From: an uncultured Alphaproteobacteria bacterium | Lineage (GTDB): Bacteria > Pseudomonadota > Alphaproteobacteria > HIMB59 > GCA-002718135 | Assembly: GCA_902602885.1 (NCBI GenBank) | Contig: CACKSM010000001.1 | Span: 17,550-81,549, forward strand | Direction of reading: 5' to 3' | DNA length: 64,000 bases | Shown: piece by piece, positions 9,249-18,929 of the stretch | How the letters are laid out: each line of letters starts with the position of its first letter | Position numbering within the stretch: the first letter of the stretch is position 1 | Translations under genes and position numbers: made by a program | Notes under the pieces: model-generated | Databases searched by the model: none | What the model was told of the DNA's origin: nothing | The model's input: only the letters and a program-made list of their open reading frames with translations

Positions 9249-10618
9249 CACCAGAAATACTAGCAATAATTATGTTTGTAACAACTTTGTTATTTTTATT
9301 ATTTGGTTTTCCTGTTGCTTTTACTCTTGCTGGTTCCGCACTGATATTTGCATTCATTGGTGACTTACTTGATATTTTTAATTTTAGAATGTTATTCTTT
9401 TTTCCTCAAAGAATTTATGGGATTATGATTAATGAAGCCTTAGTGGCTGTTCCCTTATTTATATTTATGGGTGTAATGTTAGAAAAAACTAATATTGCAG
9501 CAAAGTTATTAGTATCTATTGGTGATCTGTTTGGATCGGTAAGAGGTGGTTTAGGTATTGGTGTAGTTTTAGTTGGCATGCTATTGGCTGCTTCCACTGG
9601 TATTGTTGGTGCTACTGTCGTGACAATGGGTATGTTGGCATTGCCAACTATGATTAAGGCAGGGTATGATGAAAAAATCGCAACAGGCACAATTTGTGCT
9701 TCTGGTACGTTAGGGCAAATAATTCCTCCTTCAATTGTTTTAATATTATTAGCTGAAATGTTGCAAGGAGCGAATGAGGAGGCCGGTTTAATGACTGGAG
9801 ATCTTGCCCCGTTACCAGTTACAGCAATTGATTTATTTGCTGGAGCATTAATCCCTGGTTTGATTTTAGTTGCTATGTTTATTATTTATATTTTAATAGT
9901 TGCTAGATTAAGACCAAATGATTTACCAATATCTAAAATTAATAAACCTAAATCATTAATTTATAAAAACGCATTATTTGAAGTTATTCCTCCTATCTTT
10001 TTAATTTTAGCAGTTTTAGGTTCTATATTCCTAGGAGTCGCGACTCCGACGGAATCAGCATCTGTTGGTGCAGCTGGTGCTGCATTATTAGCTTTCTTTA
10101 GAAGAGATTTAAGTTTTAAAAATGTTTCTGAAGCAGCAATTACCACTGCCAAAATGAGTTCATTTGTATTTATAATTTTATTAGGTGCTTCAATGTTCTC
10201 GCTTGTCTTCAGGGGATTTGAAGGTGATGCCATGATTAGTAACTTTCTAACAAACATGCCTGGTGGTGAATACGGAGCTTTATTTATTGTAATGATTACA
10301 ATTTTTTTACTTGGTTTTTTTCTAGATTATATTGAAATTATTTTTGTTGTTATTCCTTTAGTTGGACCAGGTTTAATTGCAAATGGAGCTGATCCACTGT
10401 GGTTAGGAATATTAATATCATTGAATCTTCAAACTAGTTTTTTAACACCACCATTTGGATTTTCATTATTCTTCTTAAGAGGAGTTGCGGCGAAAGAAGT
10501 TAAAACTATTAATATTTATAAAGGTGTAATACCTTACATATTTATTCAATTGATATCTATAGCTCTAGTTTTTGTATTTCCTCAAATCGCAACTTGGTTA
10601 CCAAGACTTATAAATTAA
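9245..10618 (+). CDS. TRAP transporter large permease (DctM-like)
   Basis: A 457 aa polytopic membrane protein of DctM-family character (mannitol/chloroaromatic-type TRAP subfamily). Confidence 0.88.
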   Translation: MTPEILAIIMFVTTLLFLLFGFPVAFTLAGSALIFAFIGDLLDIFNFRMLFFFPQRIYGIMINEALVAVPLFIFMGVMLEKTNIAAKLLVSIGDLFGSVRGGLGIGVVLVGMLLAASTGIVGATVVTMGMLALPTMIKAGYDEKIATGTICASGTLGQIIPPSIVLILLAEMLQGANEEAGLMTGDLAPLPVTAIDLFAGALIPGLILVAMFIIYILIVARLRPNDLPISKINKPKSLIYKNALFEVIPPIFLILAVLGSIFLGVATPTESASVGAAGAALLAFFRRDLSFKNVSEAAITTAKMSSFVFIILLGASMFSLVFRGFEGDAMISNFLTNMPGGEYGALFIVMITIFLLGFFLDYIEIIFVVIPLVGPGLIANGADPLWLGILISLNLQTSFLTPPFGFSLFFLRGVAAKEVKTINIYKGVIPYIFIQLISIALVFVFPQIATWLPRLIN

Positions 10619-10647
10619 AGAGGACTTTTAAGAAAAAGTCCTCTTTT
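10619..10647. terminator. Bidirectional rho-independent terminator between convergent TRAP genes
   Basis: A perfect 11-bp stem, AGAGGACTTTT (10619-10629) with AAAAGTCCTCT (10634-10644), closes the loop AAGA. It is flanked by a T-run on the + strand and an A-run upstream, which reads as a T-run on the - strand. Confidence 0.8.
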
Positions 10648-10656
10648 AGATAATTT

Positions 10657-11769
10657 TTATACAGAATCAGGATATTTAAAAGGTAAATCTCTTATTCTAG
10701 AGAACTGTTGTTCACCTTTAGTAAACCATTCTTTAATTACTTTTCTAAAACCTAATAAATGATTTGCTATAGCTTTAGTTTCAGCATTAATAGAACCTCT
10801 TTCAGAAACTACTTCACCTGCTGCATTTCCAAGTGCAATTAATACTTCATCTGGAAATGTTCTAAGCTCAACATTATGTTCATTGATTAGTTTTTGCAAA
10901 GCTGGTCCATTTATTGCTTGAAAACGGCTAAATACTGTCATGTTGAAAGATTTAGTTAAATCGTCAACTAAAGCTCTAGTATCGTCATCAAGAGATTCCC
11001 ATGCTTTTAAATCAATTGATAAATCTAATAGAGTTGAAGGCTCATGCCAACCTGGTCCATAATAGTATTTTGCAGCTTGATAAAGACCTGCACCTAAATC
11101 AGCAGCAGGACAAATCCATTCAGCAGCATCTACTGCACCCGAAGATAGAGATGGTAATACATCTGGTCCAGCTAATAATACTGGTGTTGCACCAAGTTTT
11201 TCAATAGTTCTGCCACCCAATCCAGGCATTCTCATTTTTAAACCTTGGTAATCAGCAGGCGTATTAATTTCTTTATTAAACCAACCGCCCATTTGGTTAC
11301 CAGTATTACCCATTGGTAAAAACTTTAATCCAAGCGCGTTATAAATTTTATCAGCTTCTTCAATACCACCACCGTAGTAGCACCATGCATTTTGTTCCAT
11401 TGCATTCATTCCAAATGGACATGTCGCAACAAACTCAATTGCATCAGATACGTTAGTCCAATAGTATGGTGCACCATAAGATGCTTGAGCTGCACCAGAC
11501 CTAACAGCATCAAGTGATTCAAGTCCTGGAACAAGTTCACCAGAATGATAAACTTTAATTTTTAGCTTATCAGAGTATCTGTTAATATTATCACCAAAAG
11601 CTTGAATTGCTTGACCAAGTAATCCTGCTTTACCAAAAGCACTACAAATGATCCACTCTTGATGACCGCCAGCTATTGCTGGAGCTGCTAAAGTAGAAGC
11701 ACCAACTGCAGCAGCACCTGCTACACCGGCTTTCTTTAGAAACTCACGTCTTTTTAAATTTTTTTTCAT
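10657..11769 (-). CDS. TRAP transporter substrate-binding protein (DctP family) with twin-arginine signal peptide
   Basis: MKKNLKRREFLKKAGVAGAAAVGASTLAAPAIAG is a Tat-type signal. The mature part resembles the COG4663-type TRAP SBP (YHSGELVPGLESLDAVRSGA..YYW). I place the start at ATG 11769, preceded by GGAGG, not at 11832 as in the ORF track. Confidence 0.85.
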   Translation of the reverse strand: MKKNLKRREFLKKAGVAGAAAVGASTLAAPAIAGGHQEWIICSAFGKAGLLGQAIQAFGDNINRYSDKLKIKVYHSGELVPGLESLDAVRSGAAQASYGAPYYWTNVSDAIEFVATCPFGMNAMEQNAWCYYGGGIEEADKIYNALGLKFLPMGNTGNQMGGWFNKEINTPADYQGLKMRMPGLGGRTIEKLGATPVLLAGPDVLPSLSSGAVDAAEWICPAADLGAGLYQAAKYYYGPGWHEPSTLLDLSIDLKAWESLDDDTRALVDDLTKSFNMTVFSRFQAINGPALQKLINEHNVELRTFPDEVLIALGNAAGEVVSERGSINAETKAIANHLLGFRKVIKEWFTKGEQQFSRIRDLPFKYPDSV

Positions 11770-11896
11770 ATGTCCTCCCGAGATAATATGAATTAATATC
11801 TGAAATTTATACAAAAATCGTATTTGTATCAATTTCTAATGGTATTAAATATTAACAAAATTTAGTAAATCAAACCTCTAAAAGTAGAAATTACTT

Positions 11897-13072
11897 TTAA
11901 AAACTGGATATTCCAGTCTGATTTTTTCCTAAAATTAATGAATGAATATCCTCTGCGCCTTCGTAAGTTTTAACAGTTTCTAAATTAACTAAATGTCTCA
12001 TGATATGATATTCTTCTAATAAGCCATTTGCTCCAAGCATATCACGAGCATTTCTAATTATGTCTAAAGATTTTTTACAGTTATTTTTTTTTAAAATACT
12101 AATAGCATTAATGATGTCTTTTCCTTCATCTAAAGCTTTAGAGCTTAAAAGACATGATGCCAGTCCTAGATTTATCTCTATTTGCATTTCAGATAATTTT
12201 TTTTGAATTAATTGATTTGATGCTAAAGGTTTTTTAAACATAATTCTATTTTCTACATAGTCTTTTGCAATTAACCAGCATTCAGATGCTGAACCTAATA
12301 CTCCCCAGCTAATTCCAAATCTTGCTTTATTGAGACAACTAAAAACTGATTTCCATCCTTTGGTATTTTCTAAACACAAATTACTTGGCACAAAAACATT
12401 ATTTAAAATTATTTGCCCAGTTGGACTGATTTTCAAGCTCGTTTTATTTTCTATTTTTGAAGTATTTAATCCTTCAGTATTTTTATCAATTATAAAACCT
12501 TTGATACTTTTGTGATCTTTATTTTCTTCAATTGCCCAAATAATGAATATATCAGCGATTGGTGCATTAGTAATCCAGTTTTTAGATCCATTTAAAATAT
12601 ATCCATCTTTAGTTTTTTTAAATGAAGTTTTCATTGAAGCAGGATCAGAGCCAGCCTCACTCTCTGTTAAACCAAAGCAACCAATTTTTTCTCCTTTAAT
12701 TAATTGAGGAAGATATTTATCTTTTTGTTCTTGCGACCCAAATTCATTAATTGGATGTATTACGAGGGAAGATTGAACCGATATTGAAGATCTATAGCTA
12801 CTATCTATTTTTTCAAATTCATAAGCTACAAGTCCATACGCTAAATTTGATGTACCAGAACCACCGTGTGTTTTAACTGTTTGCCCTAAAACTCCAAGTG
12901 AACCAAACTTTGGATATAGGCTTTGATCAAATTCATTTTTTCTGTTTCTTTCAACTACTGAAGGTTTCAGTTCATTATTACAAAAATCCCTAACATTTTT
13001 CTGAATATTACTTTCTTCTTCATTTAAATGACTTTGAATATAAAATGGATCAAACCAATTATTTTCTTTCAT
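11897..13072 (-). CDS. gcdH: Acyl-CoA dehydrogenase, glutaryl-CoA dehydrogenase-like
   Basis: A 391 aa acyl-CoA dehydrogenase fold. The N-terminus (DPFYIQSHLNEEE..VRDFC) and GCFGLTESEAGSDP resemble glutaryl-CoA dehydrogenases. Substrate assignment is tentative. Confidence 0.75.
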   Translation of the reverse strand: MKENNWFDPFYIQSHLNEEESNIQKNVRDFCNNELKPSVVERNRKNEFDQSLYPKFGSLGVLGQTVKTHGGSGTSNLAYGLVAYEFEKIDSSYRSSISVQSSLVIHPINEFGSQEQKDKYLPQLIKGEKIGCFGLTESEAGSDPASMKTSFKKTKDGYILNGSKNWITNAPIADIFIIWAIEENKDHKSIKGFIIDKNTEGLNTSKIENKTSLKISPTGQIILNNVFVPSNLCLENTKGWKSVFSCLNKARFGISWGVLGSASECWLIAKDYVENRIMFKKPLASNQLIQKKLSEMQIEINLGLASCLLSSKALDEGKDIINAISILKKNNCKKSLDIIRNARDMLGANGLLEEYHIMRHLVNLETVKTYEGAEDIHSLILGKNQTGISSF

Positions 13073-13123
13073 ACAATATTAGCCAATATCATCATTTTAA
13101 TGTAAATAACCACAAAAATTATT

Positions 13124-13543
13124 ATGCAAAATAAGAATATATACATTGCTTCAGATCATGCTGGATTTGATCTCAAAACTAAATTGTTAGAGAATTTTCC
13201 GAAAATTAATGATTTAGGAACAAAGACAGATAAGAGTGTTGACTATCCTGATTTTGCACACAAATTAACAAGAGAAGTTCTTAAGAATAAGAAAAACGTT
13301 GGTATTCTAATCTGTGGAACTGGTGTTGGTATGAGTATTGCTGCTAATAGAAAAAAAGGAATTAGGGCTGGTCTTGCTAATAATTCAAAAATAGCAAGAT
13401 TGATAAGAAAGCACAATGATGCTAATGTACTTGTTTTACCAGGTAGATTTATAAATACTAGCGAGGCAAAAAAAAGTGTTCAGGCTTTTCTTTCTACAAA
13501 GTTTGAGTCAGGACGACATAAAAGAAGGATTAAAAAACTATGA
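13124..13543 (+). CDS. rpiB: Ribose-5-phosphate isomerase B
   Basis: 139 aa. [13 protein letters not shown]...[17 protein letters not shown] is typical of RpiB/LacAB. Confidence 0.9.
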   Translation: MQNKNIYIASDHAGFDLKTKLLENFPKINDLGTKTDKSVDYPDFAHKLTREVLKNKKNVGILICGTGVGMSIAANRKKGIRAGLANNSKIARLIRKHNDANVLVLPGRFINTSEAKKSVQAFLSTKFESGRHKRRIKKL

Positions 13544-14829
13544 TTTCAGATTTGTTTACTAAAGGAATTAAAGAAGCAGACCCAGAGGTTTATGGTACTT
13601 TAAGCCGTGAACTAGAAAGACAGCAAAACCAAATAGAGTTGATAGCATCTGAAAATATTGCTTCAAGATCAATTTTAAATGCTCAAGGCTCTGTCATGAC
13701 AAATAAATATGCAGAAGGTTATCCTGGTAAACGATATTATGGTGGGTGTGAATTTGTTGATCAAGCTGAAGAGATTGCTTTAGAAAGAGTTAAAAAACTT
13801 TTTAATTGTAAATTTGCAAATCTACAACCGCATAGTGGAGCACAGGCAAACCAAGCGGTCTTTCTAGCGTTACTTCAACCACATGATACTATTTTAGGTA
13901 TGTCTCTTGCATCAGGCGGTCACTTAACTCATGGAGCAAAACCTAATCTATCTGGTAAATGGTTTAATGCTGTTCAATACGGTGTAAAAAAAGATGGCAA
14001 TGATAAAGATTTAATTGATTATGATGAAGTTGAAGCTTTAGCTTTAGAACATAAACCAAAAATGATAATAGCGGGAGCATCCGCTTATCCTAGAACAATA
14101 GATTGGAAAAAATTTAGAGAAATAGCTGATAAAGTAGGAGCATATTTTTTAGTTGATATGGCTCATTATTCTGGTTTGGTTGCTGGTAAACAATATCCAA
14201 ATCCAATTGAGCATGCCCATGTAGTAACTTCAACAACTCACAAAACTTTAAGAGGCGCAAGAAGTGCAATGATTTTAACTAATCATGAAGATTTATATAA
14301 AAAAATTAATTCTGCTGTTTTCCCCGGATTACAAGGTGGTCCACTAATGCATGTAATTGCAGCTAGAGCTGTTTGCTTTGGTGAAGCACTTAAACCTGAA
14401 TTCGAAGAATATATTAAAAATGTAATTGCTAGTGCTAAAGTTATGGCAAAAACTTTAGTTGATAGAGGATTTAGAATTGTTACAGGAGGCACAGATTCAC
14501 ATATAGTTTGGTTAGACTTGACACCAAAAGGTTTAACTGGTGACAAAGCTGAAAAAATTTTAGAAGAAGTTGGATTGGCATGTAACAAAAATGCAATTCC
14601 ATATGACCCTAATCCTCCAAAAATAACTAGTGGACTTAGATTTGGGACTGCAGCTGCTACGACGAGAGGTTTTGATCAGAAAGATTTTGAACAAGTTGGA
14701 AATATGATTGCTGATATTTTGGATAGTCTTTTACTTGAAGAAAATGAGAGAAATGTAGTTTTTAATAAAACAAGAAAAGATGTAATTGAGCTTTGCAAAA
14801 AATATCCAATTTATAGTGAGGCATTTTAA
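13540..14829 (+). CDS. glyA: Serine hydroxymethyltransferase
   Basis: [38 protein letters not shown] and the PLP-lysine box [15 protein letters not shown] are present. Confidence 0.97.
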   Translation: MISDLFTKGIKEADPEVYGTLSRELERQQNQIELIASENIASRSILNAQGSVMTNKYAEGYPGKRYYGGCEFVDQAEEIALERVKKLFNCKFANLQPHSGAQANQAVFLALLQPHDTILGMSLASGGHLTHGAKPNLSGKWFNAVQYGVKKDGNDKDLIDYDEVEALALEHKPKMIIAGASAYPRTIDWKKFREIADKVGAYFLVDMAHYSGLVAGKQYPNPIEHAHVVTSTTHKTLRGARSAMILTNHEDLYKKINSAVFPGLQGGPLMHVIAARAVCFGEALKPEFEEYIKNVIASAKVMAKTLVDRGFRIVTGGTDSHIVWLDLTPKGLTGDKAEKILEEVGLACNKNAIPYDPNPPKITSGLRFGTAAATTRGFDQKDFEQVGNMIADILDSLLLEENERNVVFNKTRKDVIELCKKYPIYSEAF

Positions 14830-15282
14830 ATGAGATGCCCCTTCTGTAGTAATGAAGATACACAAGTAAAAGACTCAAGACCTACAGAAGATAATACAGC
14901 TATAAGAAGAAGAAGAGTTTGTGATGCTTGCGGCTCTAGATTCACAACTTTTGAAAGAATTCAGTTAAGAGATTTGGTTGTAATGAAAAGTAACGGTCAA
15001 AAAGAAAATTTTGATAGAGATAAAATGTATCGATCTCTTTCTTTAGCTTTGAGAAAAAGAAATGTTGATAATGAAAAAATTGAAAAAATTGTTAATGCTA
15101 TTGTAAGAAAATTAGAAAACTCAGGTGAAACTGATATAAAATCTAATATTATCGGTCAGTACATTATGGAAGCTTTAATGCATTTAGATCAGGTAGCATA
15201 CGTCAGATTTGCATCTGTTTACAAAAATTTTAGAGAAGCAAAAGATTTTGAAGATTTCTTAGGTAATTTAGAAGATAAATAA
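14830..15282 (+). CDS. nrdR: Transcriptional repressor NrdR
   Basis: [18 protein letters not shown]...[17 protein letters not shown] is the zinc ribbon, followed by an ATP-cone. Confidence 0.95.
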   Translation: MRCPFCSNEDTQVKDSRPTEDNTAIRRRRVCDACGSRFTTFERIQLRDLVVMKSNGQKENFDRDKMYRSLSLALRKRNVDNEKIEKIVNAIVRKLENSGETDIKSNIIGQYIMEALMHLDQVAYVRFASVYKNFREAKDFEDFLGNLEDK

Positions 15283-15288
15283 TTTTTA

Positions 15289-16371
15289 GTGTCTCAACAA
15301 AATGTAAAGATGATTAATTTAGCGCATGACATTGCTAAAAAAAAATTTGGAAAAACTTTCCCCAACCCTACTGTGGGCTGTGTAATTGCAAAAAATTCAA
15401 AAATCATTTCTAAAGCTGTAACGAATAAATCTGGAAGGCCTCATGCCGAAGAAATAGCTCTAGCTAAAGCTGGCCATAAAGCTAAAGGAGCTTCAATGTA
15501 TGTTACTTTAGAACCATGTTTTCATAGTTCAAAAGATGGATCATGCACAGATCAAATATTAAGATCAGGAATTAAAGAAATATTTATATCTGCGGCTGAT
15601 CCAGATGTTAGAACTAATTATAAAAGTATTAAAAAATTAAAAAAAAATAACGTAATTGTAAATGTTGGTTTAGAAAAAAATAGAACATACAATTTAAATA
15701 AATTTTTTTTTAAAAGTGTTTTAAAGAAAAAGCCATTCACAAAAGTTAAAATTGCAGCTTCTACGGATGAAAAAATTGCATGGCATAATTATAGAAGTAA
15801 ATGGATATCTAATAAATCAAGTAGAGAGTATGCTCATAAATTACGATCAATGAGTCAAGCTATTTTAACTACTTCAAAAACTATAATAAAAGATGATCCA
15901 AGATTAACTATAAGATTTAAAAAAACTTTAGAACAACATATTCCAGTTATAATTATTGATAATAATCTAAAAATACCAATGAAATCAAAATTGTTGAAAG
16001 ATATATCTAAAAAAAGAATAATTATCTTTACTTCTAAAAAAAATAAAAAATCTGAAAATTTAATTAAATTAGGATGTGAAATTATTTTTTGTAAATTGAA
16101 TAAAAACAAAAAACTAAATTTAAAAAATATTTTTAGTAAAATATACTCATTAAAAATATCAGATTTATTAGTTGAAGCAGGGGGCATTTTTTTTACAGAA
16201 TTGTTAAATAATAATTTAGTAGACGAAATTCATTTATTTAAATCCAAAATTATTATAGGAAAACATGGTAAACCAGCAATTATTGGAAAAAAACTTAGTC
16301 ATTTAAATTTATCTTTAAATGAGAGAAAAAAATTCGAAGACGACATATATACAAACTATCAGGTAAATTAA
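15289..16371 (+). CDS. ribD: Bifunctional riboflavin biosynthesis deaminase/reductase RibD
   Basis: The deaminase motifs HAEEIAL and TLEPCFH..C are followed by a C-terminal reductase domain. The start is GTG 15289 (alternative ATG 15310). Confidence 0.9.
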   Translation: MSQQNVKMINLAHDIAKKKFGKTFPNPTVGCVIAKNSKIISKAVTNKSGRPHAEEIALAKAGHKAKGASMYVTLEPCFHSSKDGSCTDQILRSGIKEIFISAADPDVRTNYKSIKKLKKNNVIVNVGLEKNRTYNLNKFFFKSVLKKKPFTKVKIAASTDEKIAWHNYRSKWISNKSSREYAHKLRSMSQAILTTSKTIIKDDPRLTIRFKKTLEQHIPVIIIDNNLKIPMKSKLLKDISKKRIIIFTSKKNKKSENLIKLGCEIIFCKLNKNKKLNLKNIFSKIYSLKISDLLVEAGGIFFTELLNNNLVDEIHLFKSKIIIGKHGKPAIIGKKLSHLNLSLNERKKFEDDIYTNYQVN

Positions 16372-16961
16372 TGTTTACAGGTATTATTCAAGATTTAGGA
16401 ACAATAGTAAAAAGAGATGTGGGGCTTTACCAAATATCTACAAATCTTGATTTGAGTAATTGCAAGGAAGGTTCTTCAATTTCTTGTAATGGAGTTTGTC
16501 TTACAGCAAAAAATATAACTTCATCAAATAACAATTCATTTAGCTTTGATGTGAACATAGGAGAAGAAACCTTGCAAAGAACAAATCTAGCTAATTCTAT
16601 TTTAAAAAATGAAAAAATTAATTTAGAAAAATCACTTCTGATTGGTGATGAAATCAGTGGCCACTTTGTTTATGGTCATGTTGATACCACAACTATTGTC
16701 AGTGAAATTTTAAAACTTGAAAATAGTTGGGAATATCATTTTGAAAAAAAATTTAATAAGAACAACAGGTTTATTGTAGAAAAGGGATCTATTTCAATAA
16801 ATGGTATTTCTTTAACAGTAGCAAAAGTAGAAAATAATACATTTATGATTTCTGTTATAGACCATACATTTAATCATACTAATTTAAAATATTTAAATAA
16901 AAGTGATCAAGTTAATATTGAATTTGATTATCTTGCACGTTTTATTCTTAACAATGAATAA
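16371..16961 (+). CDS. ribE: Riboflavin synthase
   Basis: MFTGIIQDLGTI plus the internally duplicated lumazine-binding repeats (GSSISCNGVCLT / GSISINGISLTV). Confidence 0.9.
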   Translation: MFTGIIQDLGTIVKRDVGLYQISTNLDLSNCKEGSSISCNGVCLTAKNITSSNNNSFSFDVNIGEETLQRTNLANSILKNEKINLEKSLLIGDEISGHFVYGHVDTTTIVSEILKLENSWEYHFEKKFNKNNRFIVEKGSISINGISLTVAKVENNTFMISVIDHTFNHTNLKYLNKSDQVNIEFDYLARFILNNE

Positions 16962-18057
16962 AGATAACATTGAAGAGTATCTATCTTCTATTGAAGATAT
17001 CATTGAAGATGCAAAAAATGGAAAAATGTATATTCTTGTTGATGATCCTGATAGAGAAAATGAAGGTGATTTAATAATTCCCGCTCAATATGCTAATCCG
17101 CAAGCTATTAATTTTATGGCAAAACATGGAAGAGGATTAATTTGTTTAGCTTTGACTAAGGAAAGAATAGAAGAATTGGAACTTCCCTTAATGAATCCAA
17201 GTAACATTAAAAATGATTTAACTGCATTTACTGTTTCTATTGAGGCAAAAGAAGGAGTGACTACTGGAATATCTGCAGCTGATAGAGCTCATACTATATC
17301 AGTAGCTGTGAACAATAATAGAAACAAAAACGATCTTGTTTATCCTGGGCATGTTTTTCCTCTTATGGCTTGGGATGGTGGAGTATTAGTACGTGCCGGT
17401 CATACAGAAGCAGCAGTTGATATTTCAAAACTAGCAGATCTGAATCCTTCTGGCGTTATTTGTGAAATTATGAGCGACGATGGATCTATGGCGAGATTAC
17501 CAGAAATAATCAAGTTTGCAAAATTACATAATTTGAAAGTAGGAACGGTTAGTGATTTAATTAAGTTTAGACTTAAAAAAACTAAAATTGTCGAACAGAT
17601 CTCCGAAAGGCCATTTGAAAGTGAGATGGGGTCAAAATTTACTCTAAAAGTATTTCAAAATACTATTTCTGGTGAAAAGCATTACGCTCTAGTAAAAAAT
17701 TTAAGTGATGTAAAGCAACCTGTGCTTGTTAGAATGCACAGATTAGATGTCACAAAGGATATATTTGAGGAAAAAAATATTTTTGGAAGTGAAATTAAGT
17801 CTGCCTTTCAGCTTATAGAGAAGAATGGATCAGGAGCTATAGTTTTAATAAATAGTGATATGTCACCAAATATATTCAAAACTTTTAATAAAAGAAAAAG
17901 ATCAAAAAATAAATTAGAATTAAGAGAATATGGTGTAGGTGCTCAGATTTTATCATTACTTCAAATAAATAAAATTATATTATTAACAAATACTAAGAAA
18001 AGAATTATTGCCTTGGATGGATTTAATATTGAAATAGTTGATCAGAGAAAAATATGA
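16954..18057 (+). CDS. ribB: 3,4-dihydroxy-2-butanone-4-phosphate synthase fused to a degenerate GTP cyclohydrolase II-like domain (RibBX type)
   Basis: The DHBP synthase core is present (DDPDRENEGDLIIPA, GRGLICLA, RAGHTEAAVD). The C-terminal domain aligns to RibA but reads VRMHRLDVTKDIF where RibA has VRVHSECLTGD and its Zn cysteines. I place the start at ATG 16954, not 16903. Confidence 0.85.
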   Translation: MNKDNIEEYLSSIEDIIEDAKNGKMYILVDDPDRENEGDLIIPAQYANPQAINFMAKHGRGLICLALTKERIEELELPLMNPSNIKNDLTAFTVSIEAKEGVTTGISAADRAHTISVAVNNNRNKNDLVYPGHVFPLMAWDGGVLVRAGHTEAAVDISKLADLNPSGVICEIMSDDGSMARLPEIIKFAKLHNLKVGTVSDLIKFRLKKTKIVEQISERPFESEMGSKFTLKVFQNTISGEKHYALVKNLSDVKQPVLVRMHRLDVTKDIFEEKNIFGSEIKSAFQLIEKNGSGAIVLINSDMSPNIFKTFNKRKRSKNKLELREYGVGAQILSLLQINKIILLTNTKKRIIALDGFNIEIVDQRKI

Positions 18058-18455
18058 ATAATAAAGTTCTAATAGTTTCCGCAAATTATTATAAAGAAAT
18101 ATCGAAAAACCTTGAATTGGGTGCAAGCAAAACGCTTAAAGAAAATGATTATGAGTATGAAATTATTAATGCACCAGGTTGTTTTGAAATTCCCTATTTA
18201 ATAAAAAAAAATATAGACAATTTTAAAGGATTTATTTCTTTAGGATGTATCATTAAAGGTGACACATATCATTTCGAAGTTATTGCTAATGAAACTTCTA
18301 GAAAAATTATGGATCTATCTGTTGAGTTTAATGTTCCAATTGGTTTTGGTATCTTAACATGTTATGATTTAGAGCAAGCAATAATAAGAAGTGATGTTAA
18401 TCAAAAAAATAAAGGTAAAGAAGCTGCCTTAGCTTGCATAGAGTTACTAAAATAA
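18054..18455 (+). CDS. ribH: 6,7-dimethyl-8-ribityllumazine synthase
   Basis: 133 aa with NAPGCFEIPY...GCIIKGDTYHFEVIANE, located within the rib cluster. Confidence 0.9.
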   Translation: MNNKVLIVSANYYKEISKNLELGASKTLKENDYEYEIINAPGCFEIPYLIKKNIDNFKGFISLGCIIKGDTYHFEVIANETSRKIMDLSVEFNVPIGFGILTCYDLEQAIIRSDVNQKNKGKEAALACIELLK

Positions 18456-18458
18456 AAA

Positions 18459-18929
18459 ATGCAAAATTACATCAAGTCACAAACAAGACTTGCATTTGTG
18501 CAATATATTTTTCAGAATGAATTCATAAGTACATATTCTTTAGAGAGCATTGAAGATTTTCAAAAGTATTTTTATGACACTAATATTGCTATAATTGATG
18601 AAAAAAAAGAATTTAAGCTTAAATTTAATAAAAATTTTTTAAATAAACTTTTTTCTAGTCTTAAAAATAATATTGATAAAAAAAATATCACTGAAGATTT
18701 AAATGGTTTTATTGATATCAATCGTAGATTTGAAAAATGGGATAATATTTTAAAATCATTAATATTTGCAATTATTACTGAATTAAAAATTACTGATAAA
18801 AATAAATTTAAAATTGTTCTTAATGACTATTTGAATATTAGTAAAAGTCTTGTGTCTCAAAAAGAAACTAAATTAATCAATGCTATAATTCAAAAATATA
18901 TAGATAAAAATGAAATTAATAAAAAATAA
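18459..18929 (+). CDS. nusB: Transcription antitermination factor NusB
   Basis: 156 aa with RLAFVQYIFQ near the N-terminus. The ribH-nusB-thiL order is conserved. Confidence 0.78.
   Translation: MQNYIKSQTRLAFVQYIFQNEFISTYSLESIEDFQKYFYDTNIAIIDEKKEFKLKFNKNFLNKLFSSLKNNIDKKNITEDLNGFIDINRRFEKWDNILKSLIFAIITELKITDKNKFKIVLNDYLNISKSLVSQKETKLINAIIQKYIDKNEINKK

Noticed and set aside
9415-10257. Two antisense ORFs (91 and 98 aa) inside the TRAP large permease gene. Similar ones occur inside the SulP gene (40744-41052, 41194-41469, 41734-42087) and hppA (20376-20591, 21153-21356).
   Set aside because: These are typical shadow ORFs opposite membrane-protein genes rich in GCN and GGN codons. They have no start context or family resemblance.
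11770-11832. N-terminal extension of the TRAP SBP ORF (MIQIRFLYKFQILIHIISGGH...) in the ORF track.
   Set aside because: The internal ATG at 11769 is preceded by GGAGG and immediately starts a canonical Tat signal peptide. The extension would bury the signal peptide.
11880-11898. Weak hairpin AAAAGTA-GAAAT-TACTTTT overlapping the gcdH stop codon, as a possible terminator.
   Set aside because: The stem is 7 bp and almost entirely A/T, so it has very low predicted stability. It cannot be distinguished from background.
15855-16187. 110-aa ORF antisense to ribD.
   Set aside because: It is the same AT-rich mirror-frame artefact, with low-complexity F/I/L/K content. The sense-strand RibD reductase domain explains the region.
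16903-16953. N-terminal extension of the ribB ORF that overlaps ribE by 59 nt.
   Set aside because: ATG 16954 gives the normal DHBP-synthase N-terminus and only an 8-nt overlap with ribE. The extension is hydrophobic junk read in the ribE-overlapping frame.
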